From Chiloscyllium plagiosum (lineage: Eukaryota): 64,000 nt of DNA. The stretch covers positions 83,372,503 to 83,436,502 of the forward strand of contig NC_057718.1 in assembly GCF_004010195.1 (NCBI RefSeq), given 5' to 3'. Numbering within the stretch: the stretch's first letter is position 1; every line of letters begins with the position of its first letter. Of the stretch, positions 25,321-38,748 are shown one piece after another. The notes under the pieces were generated by a model, which was not told where the DNA came from, made no database searches, and saw only the letters and a list, made by a program, of their open reading frames with translations. Position numbers and translations under genes: made by a program.

Positions 25321-26482
25321 AAGATGTAAACCATATAAAATTTTGCTTTAGAAACTTATAATGAAATTTTTGGAAAAATATGATTACGTAGCAGGACCTT
25401 GTAAAATATCTAATTACAAAGTACAAAGTATAAAATCAAGTGAGTCAAATCTGCCTTATTCTTAAAGGCATATTAGGTTAGAACTGGGCTTTCAGGTTTT
25501 TTGATTGAACATCTGCAGAGCAGGCTACCTGATTTGCCCTTTTCCTGTCTGAAAGAGGTTGCAGTTAAAAGCCTCAATTTATACACTTTGCACCTTACCA
25601 TCACATGATTAGCTCAAAATAGACTGAAGCAGCAAACTTTGGGTGTAAATTTTCATCCTAGTTCCAAAAAAAACACTAGATGTTACTGGATCAGCAAGGT
25701 TATCCATGAACCCAATGGATCAAATTATGTGCACAAGACAACAGCCAAAAAGAATGAAACCCCTAAGAAAGAAGTCTGCCAACTATTTCAGACATATTAC
25801 AGCCTGCTCTGAAATATTAGTTGTAGAGGATTTTGCAACAAAGTACAAATTCCAAATTTACTGGAATACCCATATTGGGAGATAATATTTGCTGTGCATT
25901 TACTGGGGCAGAAATAAGGAAAGAACAAGACGTTTGATTCTGATTTTAAGATGACATTACTTAATATAAAGATGTAAGGCGCTCAGTGTATATTTAAAAT
26001 AGTTTTGATTCTTTCAAAGTATCAGCCACTTTATGATTTTTCGCAAGAAAATGATCCAATGTTTTTGTTACCTGATTTTGAGGAGAAATGTATAGGATTC
26101 TAGTTAGACCCTAGGCAAAAACATCAGAAGGGAGGGATGTTCGTTTTTGTGAAGCAATTCAAGTTAAAGATTCCAGCTTTAAGAAAAAGTATCAATATCA
26201 CCCGTTTCTCCAAGGCTATGATGCTAATATTAGCAGAATCATTCTGCATAAACAATTAAATCATATACTCAGTCCAAATGTTAGCATTCATGTAGAGGTT
26301 AGTGGCTTCATCATGATTACCACAAATCCATAGGAGGAAAGTTAGATTATACACAATTTAACATTTGAAATTTAAAGAAATATACAAGTCGCAAGTAAAA
26401 ACTGAGCAGGATCACTGAAAAAACATGCCAGAGCTAAAGGGATTTTTCATGCTTGTTTCCCCTCAAAGAAAAATAGCTACAG

Positions 26483-29352
26483 TTCTCAATGTAGGTTTAC
26501 TTGCTGAGCTGAGATTCGTTTTCAGACGTTTCATCACCATACTAGGTAGCATCATCCGTGAGCCTCCAGATGAAGCACTAGTGGCATGGCCTGTTTTCTG
26601 TTTGTGTGTTGAGGTTTCCTTGTGTTGGTGACATCACTTCCTGTTCTTTGTCTCAGGGGAGTGGTAAATGGGATCCAAGTCAATGTGTTTGCTGATAGAG
26701 TTCCAGTTGGAATGTCATGCTTCTGGGAATTCTTGAAAGTTTCCTCTAATTTGTTTCTTTTAGTGATGACAAAGGTGTCATCCATGTAGCGGACACAAAG
26801 TTTGGGTTGGATGGTTGGCAGGGCTATTTGTTCAAGTCTCTGCAAAGAACCCTGATATCGGAGGTCCCATGGCTGTTCCGTTGGTTTGTCTGTAGGTTTT
26901 GTTGTTGAAGGTGAAGTGGGTGGTAAGGCATAGGTCCACTAGCTTGATGATATTCTCCTTGCTAAAGAAGTTGATGGTGTTTGTTATATGTGACTTTGAT
27001 TCTTCTAATAGTGTGGTCAGTGTTTCCTTGGTCAGGTTGATGTTGATGGATGTGAATAGGGCTGTTACGTTAAAGGAGACCATTATTTCATCCTCTTCTA
27101 TCTTGGTGTCCTTGATGGTCTTCAGGAATTCTTGGATGGAGTAGATGGAGTGGCGTGAGTCTTCTACTAAGTGTTTTAGTCTTTGGTGTAGCTCCTCGGC
27201 TAATCTATAAGTTGATGTTCCAGGTAGCGAGACTATGGGTCTGAAGGGGGCTCCTGGTTTGTGAATTTTGGGTTTTCCGTAGAAGCATGGTGTGTTGGAT
27301 CCATCTGGTTTCATTTTTTGAAGTCAGTCTTATTTATTTCTCCAGATTTCTCAAGTTTTTTTGAGTAGGGCTGTGATTCAGTTCTCTACTTGTGGGGTCG
27401 GGTCTATCACCACTTGGTTGTAAGAGTTGGTATTGGCAAGCAGTGCATTCGCTTTCTCAATGTAGTCTCTTTGATTTAAAATCGTCCTTTGTCTGCAGGT
27501 AGGATAACAATGTTTTTCATCTCTTTTTAATCCTTCTAGTATTTTCCTTTCTTGTGTATTGAGTGTGTTTCCCTCTTTTTTGCTGCTTAATGCTGACGCA
27601 ACTGTCTGATGGATTGCTGGGTTTCCTCCGAGTTTGCTGTATTTCAGTATTCTTTCTTGTCTGCATCATGGTAGCCCACAAATCCATCAACACACTAAAA
27701 CAGCAGCTAATGAACTTGAAAGACCCTATACAGACAACCAGCAAAACTAAATATAAAATACCTTGCAAGAACTGTAACGAGCATTACATTGGACAAACAA
27801 GCAGAAAACTAACCGCCAGGATACATGAGCATCAACTAGCCACAAAAATACATGACCAACTCTCACTGGTATCTTTACATACAGATGAGGAAGGACACCA
27901 CTTCGACTGGGACAACACATCCATCGTAGGTCAAGCCAAAGAGAGACACGCGCGAGAATTCCTAGAAGCATGGCATTCCAACCGGAACTCTATCAACAAA
28001 CACATCAACTTGGATCTCATTTACCACCACCTGAGGAAACAGAATAGGAAATGATGCCACCAGCACAAGGAAACCTAAACACAAATAGTAAGCGGGCCAT
28101 ACCATCCATGCAGAGAGTTGGGATAAGAGGTTCTTAAGGCAGAGAGTTGGGATAAGAAGTTGGGATAAGAGGTTCTTTTTCGGAATGGCAGCCGATGACA
28201 AGCGGTGTCCCACAGGGTTCAGTTTTGGGGCTGCAGCTGTTCACGTTATATATTAAATGATCTGGATGAAGGGATTGGAGGCATTCTAGTGAAGTTTGCC
28301 GATGATACGAAGATAGGTGGACAGGCAGGTAGTACTGAGGAAGTGGGGAGGCTGCAGAAGGATCTAGACTGTTTGGGAGAGTGGTCCAGGAAATGGCTGA
28401 CGAAGTTCAATGTGAGCAAATGCGAGGTCTTGCACTTTGGAAAAAAAGAATACAAGCATGGACTACTTTCTAAACGGTGCGAAAATTCATAAAGCCAAAG
28501 TACAGAGGGATCTGGGAGTGCTAGTCGAGGATTCTCTTAAGGTAAACATGCAGGTTGAATCCGTGGTTAAGAAAGCGAATGCAATGTTGTCATTTATCCC
28601 AAGAGGGTTGGAATATAAAAGCACTGTTGTGCTACTGAGACTTTATAAAGCTCTGATTAGGCCCCATTTGGAGTACTGTGTCCAGCTTTGGGCCCCACAC
28701 CTCAGGAGGGACATACTGGTACTGGGGTGTGTCCAACGGAGATTCACACGGATGATCCCTGAAATGGTAGGTCTAACATACGAGGAACGGCTGAGGATCC
28801 TGGGATTGTACTCATTGGAGTTTAGAAGGTTAAGGGGAGATCTAATACAAAATTACAAGATAATACATGGCTTGGAAAGGGTGGACGCTAAGACATTGTT
28901 TCCGTTAGGCGGGGAGACTAGGACCCGTGGGCACAGCCTTAAAATTAGAGGGGGTCAATTCAGAACAGAAATGCGGAGACATTTCTTCAGCCAGAGAGTG
29001 CTGAGCCTGTGGAATTCATTGCCGCGGAGTGCAGTGGAGGCCGGGACGCTAAATGTCTTCAAGGCAGAGATTGATAAATTCTTGATGTCACAAGGAATTA
29101 AGGGCTACGGGGAGAATGCGGGTAAGTGGAGTTGAAATGCCCATCAGCCATGATTAAATGGCGGAGTGGACTCGATGGGCCGAATGGCCTTACTTCCACT
29201 CCTATGTCTTATGGTCTTATGCTTCATTCGGAGGCTCACTGATGATGTTACCTAGTATAGTGACAAAACGTTTGAAGACGAACCTTCCAGCTCAGCAAGC
29301 AAACCGACATCCAGAACCTCAATCTGAGCTACAAATTTTCTCAAAACTTGCT
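26483..29352. mobile_element. Penelope-like element in inverted two-arm configuration: RT arm on minus (26483-~27660), GIY-YIG arm and pLTR on plus (~27660-29352)
   Basis: RT motifs FYGKPKIHKPGAPFRPIVS, SFNVTALFTSI, QTNGTAMGPPIS, RYMDDTF; endonuclease YKIPCKNCNEHYIGQT...EFLEAWHS; 11-bp TSD aatagctacag at 26472-26482 and 29353-29363. Confidence 0.9.
28110..29220 (+). mobile_element. Young CR1 LINE 3' part inserted into the PLE pLTR
   Basis: KFADDTKIGG; a 232-aa open stretch (28437-29135) ending GYGENAGKWS; (tcttatgg)-type tail. Confidence 0.92.
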
Positions 29353-30644
29353 AATAGCTACAGCGATGTGCATTGATAATTATTGTTAAATTATTAAACC
29401 CCTGCACTACAGTTCATTTGCCTTTTCTTTCCCCAACCCATTCACACTGGCACAATCCAAGTTCATGTTGGCACGCTTCCCATTCCAGTGCCTTTAGCCT
29501 CAAATAGTGTCCAAAATATGTCAAGCTTCTACTTGATATCGCAACTGCTCTGAAGGAATCAAGTTATGCAGTACACTGTAAAAAAAGAGTTCCTGAGCTA
29601 TCCAAATCTACCATCATAGAAAACAGCCTATGTGAGCCGAACTTGACAAAACCACACTGAGCCCTTTTTTAACTGTGCCATTGTTTTGTAACTGAAACTG
29701 TTATCATTTAGTTCACACAGTGACGGCCCATATATAAATGATTACAAGTTCTGGAAGCAGTGATTGAGGAAGGAATATATATTAGAGCAACAAAACTCTC
29801 GTTTTTTTTAATATGGTGTTATTAGGTCTTTGGGAGTATGCACACGTTTATTTGGGGTGGGTAGGTAGTGTTTGTGGTGTAGTGTGCATGTTGGGGGTAG
29901 GGGTAGAGAAAAGAGGTGGCCTTCCTATCTCGTCCAAAAGGACTCACCATTTCTTCAGTGTGCTTTTGATGTTACGTGCTCAGTCCTTTCTGACTCAAAG
30001 GCATGTATTAACAATTGAATGAAACTGATGTGAAACCAAGAGTTAATATCAACTTGATGGAGATCTTAACGTATAGAGCACACAACATGGGCAGAATTAA
30101 AGAAACTCAAAATGGTGAACGCAAGTTTAAAAACATAAAAGGACCACAAGGGAACATTTAATAAAAAAAGTTTTCATTGATCTTGATTAGACACTTTCAA
30201 ATTTCAATGTCCTAGATGGCAGACAGAACATCAGGAATCAAATCATGCAAATTTAATATTGGAAAATATAAAACATTCAGAATATATGCCACTATGCTTC
30301 AATTGTATTACAAATCAACACATTCTCATGTTATCAATTTACAGTTATGCCTGGATCAAATCAGAATCTTTTGACAGTAACAGGGAAAAAAAGAGGGCTG
30401 AAACTGGACTCCTTCAACATTAGGTTGAATTACAAAAATAAATACAATTTCGATCAACCAATCGTTTTCCAACTTCTTCACATAAGTAAATTCAGTCAAA
30501 ACAGTAGGTGGCGATAATGGAACTTGTTCCAATTTAATAACGGTAGGTTTGTGTACTGCAGCATCAGAATACTCGTTCTAATTAAACAGCTTAGTGAAAG
30601 CATTAAATGTTGCTATTTGCCCAAGGTAGATAAACACAATTAGT

Positions 30645-30880
30645 AGTGAGACTAGCAGGGAGTATAAAAGAAGATGTGACAATGACGCACAAAAATAAGC
30701 GAAATCAATGGGAAGCACAAGAGAGCAATGGTAGCAACAAGAGCCAGAACAGAGACAATAGTAGGGAGCATTACAGTGCTGACAATGAGTGGAGAATGAG
30801 ACCAGCAAAGAGCATAACAGGCAGCAGCAGTGGGAGCAAGAACAGAACGAGACCAATGGGGAGCATTAGAGAGAGTGCCA
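30645..30880 (+). repeat. Degenerate ~50-bp tandem repeat (5 units)
   Basis: Recurrent gagacca(g/a)..gggagcatta..g motif near 30648, 30700, 30752, 30798 and 30849. Confidence 0.55.
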
Positions 30881-30899
30881 GCAAGGGCCATGAGTATGA

Positions 30900-31715
30900 A
30901 ACAGCAGATGAGGATGCAGAATCTGCCAAGTAATTTGTTAAGTGAGTGGACAAAAATTTGGGAGATGGCATAAAAGTGGGAAACTTGAGGTTGACCATCT
31001 TGCGAGGAAGAATAGAAAGGCAGATTATTAGAAATGAGACACATTACAGAATGCTATGTACAGAATGATTGAGGTGTCCTCAAACATGAATCAAAGTTAA
31101 CATGCAGATACATCAAATAATTCAGGCAACAATTCAGTGAAACGTTGGCCATTTATTGTAAGTGAAATGGAGCCTAAAATTTAGGGGAGCATTACTACAA
31201 CTGTACAGGACATTTGTGAGACAGTAGTCTCCTTACATAAAGAGAGATAAACTTGTATTAGAAGTTGCTCAGAGAACGATTATTAGGCTGATTCCTTGGG
31301 TGAAGTGGTTGGTTTGAGGGAAGGTTAAGCAGGTTGGGCCTATACTCACTGGAATTCAGAAGAATGAGAGGCGATCATGTTGAAATAAATCAAATTTGAG
31401 GGAGCTTGACAGAGTAGATGCTGAAAGAATGATTCCTCTCAATTGGAAAAATGTAGATCTAGATAACAGTTAAAAATGAGAGGCTTTCCAGTTATAATTG
31501 AGGCAAGGACAAATTTCTTCTTTCAGGGTCATTTGTATTCTCTTTTACAGAGGACAAGGAGGTGGATAATTGAATACACTCAAAGCTGAATTAGACAATG
31601 TTGATTAACAAGGCAGTTGAGTCATGGTGGCAGACAAGAAAGGAATTAAAACTAAAATCAGATCAGCCATGATTCGAGTGAATGATGTCACAGGTTGAGG
31701 TGCTAAATGGCTTAT
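30900..31715 (+). mobile_element. Old decayed CR1 3' fragment
   Basis: ttgggcctatactcactggaattcagaagaatgagagg (LGLYSLEFRRMRG) and CR1-type tail. Confidence 0.7.
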
Positions 31716-34700
31716 CATAAAACATAGAACTGTACAGCACAGGAATGGGCCCTTTGGCCCATGATGTTGTGTCAACATGACACCAAAGTAAATTAATCCC
31801 TCCTGCCTGCCCTTGGACTATATCCCTCAATTCCTTCCACATTCATGTGCTTATCTACAAGTCTCTTAAATATCCTCATCGTATTTGCCTCCAGCACCAC
31901 CCCTGGCAGAGCATTCCAGACATCTACCACACTGTGTCAAAAACAACTTGCCCTCACATCTCCCTCGCACCTTAAATGTATGCCCCCTTGTTTTAGACAT
32001 TTCAACTCTGGGAAAAAGATTCTAACCGTTAACCCTATCTATGCATCTCATAATTTTAAGAACTTCTATCAAGTCTCCCCTCAACCTCTGCCACTATAAA
32101 AGAAAACAATCCAAGTTTTTCTAGCCTCCCCTGACAGCTCATATCCTCTAATCCAGGCAGCATCCTGGTAAACCTCTTCTGCACCCTCTCAAAAGCCTCC
32201 ACATCCTTCCTATGATGTGGCGACGAGAATTCAACACATTATCCTAGATGTGGCCTGACCAAAATCCTATAAGCTGCAACATGACATCCTAACTCCTGGA
32301 CTCAATTCCCCAATCAATAAAGGCAAACATGCCATATGCCTTCTTTACCACCCTATCTACTTGTGCGGTCACTTCCTGGGAGTTATGGACTTGAACTCCC
32401 AAGATCCCTCTGTACACCAATTCTGTTCAGGTCCTCCCATTAACTGTACACTTTTCTTTAACATTTCCCTAGAATAAACGTCATCTGCCATTTCTCTGCC
32501 CTTACCTGCAACTGACCTATATCCTGCTGTATCCTTTGACAACCTTCTACACTATCCACAACTCCACTAATCTTTGCATTGTCTGCAAACTTACTAACCC
32601 ACCCATCTACATTTCCATCCAAGTCATTTATATATTTAAGAAAAGTAATAAGGAAAAGTCAGGAACTACAGAACAAGTGAGCAAGACATTAGTGGTGGGC
32701 AAGTTGTTGGAAGGAATCCTGAGAAACAGGATTTACATGTATTTGGAAAGGCAAGAACTGATTAGGGATGGTCAACATGGCTGTGTGTCAGGGAAATAGT
32801 TTCATGCTATCTTGAGCTTTTTTTGAAGTAATGAAAAGGATTCATGAGAGCGTCGGACGTGATCTATATGGACTTCAGGAAGGTGTTTAACAAGGTTGCT
32901 TGTGGTAGACTGGTCAGCAAGGTTAGATCTCATGGAATACAGGAAGAACTAGCCATTTGGATACAGAACTGGCTCAAAGGTAGAAGGCAGAGGGTAGTGG
33001 TGGAAGGTTGCTTTTCAGACTGTAGGCCTGTGACCAGTGGTGTGTCACAAGGATTGGTGCTGCATTCACTACTTTTCGTCGTACATATAAATGATTTAGC
33101 TGTGAATATAGGAGGCATGGTCACTAAGTTTGTAAATGACACCAAATTGGAAGTGTCGTGGTCAGCAAACAAGATTACCACAATGGGATCTTGATCAGAG
33201 GGACTAATGAGCCAAACAGTGGCAGATGAATTTAGATATCTATGAGGTGCTGCATTTTGGAAAGTAAAATCAGGGCATGACTTATACACTTAATGGTAAG
33301 GTTCTGGGGAGTGTTGCTGAACAAAGAGACCTTGGAGTGCATGTTCACAGCTCCTTGAAACTGTAGACAGGATAATGAATAAGTCTTTTTTTGGTCAGTA
33401 CATTAAGTATAGGAGTTGGGAGGTCATGTTGTGACTATATAGGATATTGGTTAGGCCATTTTTAGGATACTGTGTGAATTCTGGTCTCCCTCCTAAAGAA
33501 GGATGTTGTGAAATTTGAAAGGGTTCAGAAAAAATTTACAAGGATGTTGCCAGGGTTAGAGAGTTTGAGCTATAGGGAGAGACTGAATAGACTATAGGAG
33601 AGACTAAATGGACTATTTTCCCTGGAGCATCAGAGGGTGAGTGGTGACAATCATGACATGCACGGATAGGGTAAATAGACAAGGTCTTTTCCCCAGGGTG
33701 GAGGATTCCTAGCTTTAAGGTGAGAGGAAAAGATACAAAAGGGACCATAAGGGCAACCTTTTCATGCAGAGAGTGGTGTGTGTATGGAATAAGCTACCAG
33801 AGGGAGTGGTGGAGATGGGTATATGAATAGGAAGGGTTTAGAGGGATATGAACCAAATTCTGACAAATGGGACTAGATTTATTTGGGATATCTGGTCAGC
33901 ATGGACGAGTTGGACCGAAGGGTCTGTTTCCATGCTATACATCTTTACGACTCTATATATTACAAACAGCAAAGGTGCCAGGACAGATCCCTGCTAAACA
34001 CCACTATCACAGACTTCCAGCCTGTAAAACATCCTTCCACCTCTACTCTCTAGCTTTTAGGGGCAAGCCAATTCTGAATCCTCACAGCCAAGTCACCATA
34101 GATGCCATGCATCTTTATCTTCTGGATGAGCCTAACATAAAAGTCCTTGTTGAATGCCTGACTAAACCCCATGTAGACAACATCCACTGCTGTACCCTCA
34201 TTGATCACCTATGTCACCTCCTTGAAAAATTCAATCAAGTTAATAAGACACGACCTATCCTGCGCAAAGCCATGCTGACTGTCCCTAATTAGGCCATGCT
34301 TTTCCAAATACATATAAATCCTATCTCTAATATTCTCTCCAATAGCTTCCCAATGGTGACGTGAAACTGAGTTTCCTAGATTATCCCTATTTCCTTTCCT
34401 GAACAGGGGAGCAACATTCACTACTCGCCAGTCCTCTGGGATCTCTCCAGTGGCTAATAAGGACACAGAGATCTTGGTCAAGGCCCCAGCAATTTCCACT
34501 CTTGCCTATCTCAATAACCTGAGGTGGATACTATCGGGCCCTGGGGACTTATCAACCTTAAATGCTCTTTTTTGATCTCAAAATGCCGTAGCATATTATT
34601 ACGCTCCACACAAATCTCACTGTTCTCCTGGGTGGATACTCATGTTAAGTACTTATATTTAGGATCTCACTCATATCTTCTGCCTCCAAGCACAAGTTCC

Positions 34701-36060
34701 CTCCATTATCCTTGACTGGGTCCTACCTTCTCCCTCATTATTAATACATGTATAGAATGCCTTTGGATTCTCTTTTACCCTATTTGCCAAGGTCATTTCA
34801 TGGTCCTTTCTTGCTTTAATTCCCTCAAGTTCTTTCCCGCTTTCTTTATATTCTTTATGGGTTTTGTCTGATTTTAGCTTTCTAAACCTTACATATGCTC
34901 CCTTTTTCTTAAATTCATGACCTCCCTCGTTATCCAAAGGCCCCTGAACCCTGCCATCCTTGTGCTTCCTCCTTACTAAAACATGCCAGTCCTGAACATT
35001 TATCAGCAGGTCTTTAAACAATTCCCACATTTCAAATGTGGACTTGCCTGATAACAGTTCTTCCCAATTGACAATCTCTAGCTCCTGCCTAATCTGATGT
35101 AATTTGCCATTCCCCAATTTAGTACCTTGCCACAAGAACCTGACCCATCCTTATATTAAAACTTAAGGAGCTGTAATCACTGTTTCCAAAATGCTCTCCC
35201 ACTGAAAGATCAGTCACCTGGCCAGGCTCATTAGCCAATACAAGGTCCAGTACGGCCCCTCCCCTAGTTGGACTTCTCACATACTGTTTCAAGAAACCTT
35301 CTTGGATGCAGTTAATTCTGCCCTCTCTAAGCCTCTTGCTCGAAGGGAGTCCCAGTCAATATTGGGTAAGTTAAAGTCACCCACAATGACAACTGATTTT
35401 ATTATATGTCTCTATAAGCTGCCTACATATTTGTTCCTTAATGCCTCGGAGGCTTTTGGGAGGCATAATCCCACCGCAGTGATTGCACACATCTTATTTT
35501 TGAGGTCTACCCATATTGCCTCAGTGGATGAGCCCTCCAGTATGTCCTCTTCGCAGATGTAACATCCTCCCTGATTAGTATTACAACTCCTTCACCTCTT
35601 TTACTTTTCTCTCTACCTCATCTAAAACAACAAAACCCTGGAACAATCAACACCCAGTCCTGCCCCTCTTTCAAGTAAGTCTCTGTAATGGCAATAACAT
35701 CATAGTCCCATGTACTGATCCAGGTTCTAAGCTCATCTACCTTACCTATAATATTCCTTGCACTGAAATAAACATACTTCGGCCCATTAGTACCGGTCTC
35801 TGTGTGTCCTCTCTGTTTGATTTACTGGTCCTAACATGTATCTTCTCCTCACCCTCCACTTGCTGACCTGCTGCTCTGGTTCCCAGACCCCGCCACTCTA
35901 GTTTAAACTCTCCCTATAAGGATATTGGTTGCCCTCTAGATTATGTTCAACCCATTCTTCTTGCACAGGTCATCCCTGCCAGAAAGGAGGTCCCAATGAT
36001 CCAAGAACCAGAAACCCTGCCCTCTGCACCAACTCCTTAGCCACACATTCATCTCTCCTA
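31716..36060 (-). mobile_element. Long decayed CR1 (ORF1 esterase remnant, APE, RT, 3' end) interrupted by an opposite-strand CR1
   Basis: DHWDLLSGRDDL (SGNH-like ORF1) near 35950-36010; VVGDFNLPNIDW near 35350; IPEDWRVVNVAPLFRKG; SQHGF. Confidence 0.85.
32637..33953 (+). mobile_element. CR1 LINE nested in the minus-strand CR1
   Basis: DVIYMDFRKVFNKV...VTSGVSQGLVL; flanking repeat tatatatt at 32629-32636 and 33954-33961. Confidence 0.85.
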
Positions 36061-37365
36061 CATGTTCCTCTTAATTTTTGTGTTTTACGTTAGAAGGTAT
36101 ATGCACATTTGCTTTTGGCATGGAAATTGCGTGAATAGAACAGATGTATAAATTTTCTTAGTGATTTCAGACGAGCTAAGAAACATTTAGTAACTCACTT
36201 CATGGCATGTTAAGTGATTGGTGACACTAAATTAGTCTTTAAAATAAATGTTTTTACTTCCACTCTCTATTTAACACAGAAATTATCCTTCAGAATGAAG
36301 CAATACTAAACCTCTTGCCCAGTTATCTGTCAAAATTGATGAAACTCTGAATTTTAGGAAGAAAACGTGGATGCAGTGTTATTGATTATCACACATGGCA
36401 AGGTTCACAGAAGGTATCTGCTGCATGGTAATACTTAATAACTACTTTAACAATCCTCAGCCACTACATTCAACTAGCTGTGTAGGTACCTCCCTTGTTC
36501 AGAACTTGTGAAAATACACAGAAGAATGTACCTCTCCATGAAATCGAGATATCCCAGCAATCATATAGCTGTACATTTTGGCTCTGAAGCAAAGCATCAA
36601 CAGATTTCTTATTCTGAAGAGCAATTTGATGCAGGAGGATAATCATTTGTGCAGAAAGCACTAGTTCATAACGAAATAGTAAAACTGATTAGGCTTTATG
36701 GACAGCAAAGCCATGTTGTGAACATGGACTTTGAAAGCAGAGGATAATGAGTACAGATCTGTCACTTTGTTACATCAATGAATCTTTCACTTCTACTTGG
36801 TCAAAACAGCAGTTTTCTTCCTCCAAGTACTAATGTCACCCTGTTCTTAGAGAAACACTGAACATATATATAAGGAAACTCACATAACCCCAGTCATTAA
36901 CTTCAAATTACAAGATAAAGGTTTATAGCCAGACTGAAGATATTTCATTAAAGCCTTCTAACTTAGTTTAAAGTATTTCCTTCCAAATATGCCAGCAATT
37001 CTCTTTCAGTTTTACTTATCAATGCAAGAGGTAGATCCTATTACATCAGTTGAAGAAAAAAATATAGTGCCCTTCTCATTATTTGAACTCATTCACTTTC
37101 CAGTGGTGTTATTTCTAGCAAAAATAATGCTTTTGCATTGTATTTCCCACAATCTTTCACCATACGCACTTCCCTGCACCAATTTGGAATTCAAATAAAC
37201 CCTCCAGAGAGTCTAAAAATTGCAGACTTAACCTGGACTTCAAGTATGACTGATTTTCACTGGAAACTCTTGCACTTGTTCACCAGGACAGAAGAAGGAT
37301 CCATTTCTTCAGGAAATTATAAGTTTTGCAGATGCAATGTACAGACTAGGCAACCAAGTTATCTT

Positions 37366-37741
37366 CGAGGAGAAAGTGAGGTCTGCAGATGCTGGAGATC
37401 AAAGTTGAAACTTTATTGCTGGAACAGCACAGCAGGTCAGGCAGCATCCAGGGAACAGGAGATTCGACGTTTCGGGCACAGGCCCTTCTTCAGGAATGAG
37501 CAGAGAGTGTTCAGCAGGAGAAGATAAAAGGTAGGGAGGAGGGACTTGGAGGAGGGGCATTGGAAATGTGATAGGTATCACATTTCCAACGCCCCTCCTC
37601 CAAGTCCCTCCTCCCTACCTTTTATCTTCTCCTGCTGAACACTCTCTGCTCATTCCTGAAGAAGGGCCTGTGCCCGAAACGTCGAATCTCCTGTTCCCTG
37701 GATGTTGCCTGACCTGCTGTGCTGTTCCAGCAATAAAGTTT
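37366..37741. mobile_element. Palindromic PLE pLTR insert with a hammerhead core on each strand
   Basis: Arms 37404-37573 and 37576-37745 (170 bp, 2 mismatches, 2-nt loop); plus-strand core CTGAAGA(37656)-a-gggc-ctgt-gccc-GAAAC; 15-bp TSD caaccaagttatctt at 37351-37365 and 37742-37756. Confidence 0.92.
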
Positions 37742-37899
37742 CAACCAAGTTATCTTACTGAAATCACAAATATAGATAATAAACTTGAATGGAGCTAAAC
37801 TCGCAACCTTGGCAATGTAAGATAGGTAAACCAACGAACTATAGGACACTCAATATCAGTAGTAGGAAAAATAATCCTTACTGATTACCTCATTTTACA

Positions 37900-38748
37900 A
37901 CAGGATCTGGACCAGATGGGCCAATAGGCTGAGAAGTGGCAGATGGAGTTAAATTCAGATAAATGCGAGGTGTTGCATTTTGGGAAAGCAAATCTTAGCA
38001 GGACTTATACACTTGATGGTAAAGTCCTAGGGAGTGTTGCGAACAAAGAGACCTTGGAGTGCAAGTTCATAACTCCTTGAAAGTGGAGTTGCAGGTAGAT
38101 AGGATAGTGAAGGCGGTGTTTGGTATGCTTTCCTTTATTGGTCAGAGTATTGAGTAAAGGAGTTGGGAGGTCATGTTGCGGCTATACAGGACATTGGTTA
38201 GGCCACGGTTGGAATATTGTGTGCAATTCTGTTCTCCTTCCTATCAGAAAGATGTTGTGAAACTTGAAAGGATTCAGAAAAGACTTACAAGGATGTTGCC
38301 ATGGTTGGAGGATTTGAGCTACAGGGAGAAGCTGAACAGGCTGGGGCTGTTTTCCCTGAAGCGTCGGAGGCGGAGGGGTGACCTTATAGAGGTTTACAAA
38401 AGTATGAGGGGCATGAATAGGGTAAATAGGCAAAGTCTTGTCCCTGGGGTCAGGGAGTCCAGAACTAGAGGGCATAGGTTTAGGGTGAGAGGGGAAGATA
38501 TAAAAGAGACCTAAGCAGCAACTTTTTCACGCAGAGGGTGGTACGTGTATGGAATGAGCTGCCAGAGGATGTGGTGGCAGCTGGCACAATTGCAACATTT
38601 AAGAGGCATTTGGATGGGTATATGAATAGAAAGGGTTTGGAGGGATATGGGCTGGGTGCTGGCAGCTGGGACATGTGGTCGGCATGGACGGGTTGGACCG
38701 AAGGGTCTGTTTCCATGCTGTACATCTCTATGACTTTATAACTCTATA
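37900..38748 (+). mobile_element. Young CR1 LINE 3' fragment
   Basis: LYRTLVRPRLEYCVQF...SYREKLNRLGLFSL; tail ggaccgaagggtctgtttccatgctgtac(atctctatg). Confidence 0.92.

Noticed and set aside
28437..29135. 232-aa ORF as a domesticated gene
   Set aside because: Ordinary C-terminus of a 5'-truncated young CR1 with frameshifts just upstream
37138..37849. Duplicated ORFs on both strands
   Set aside because: A direct consequence of the palindromic PLE insert
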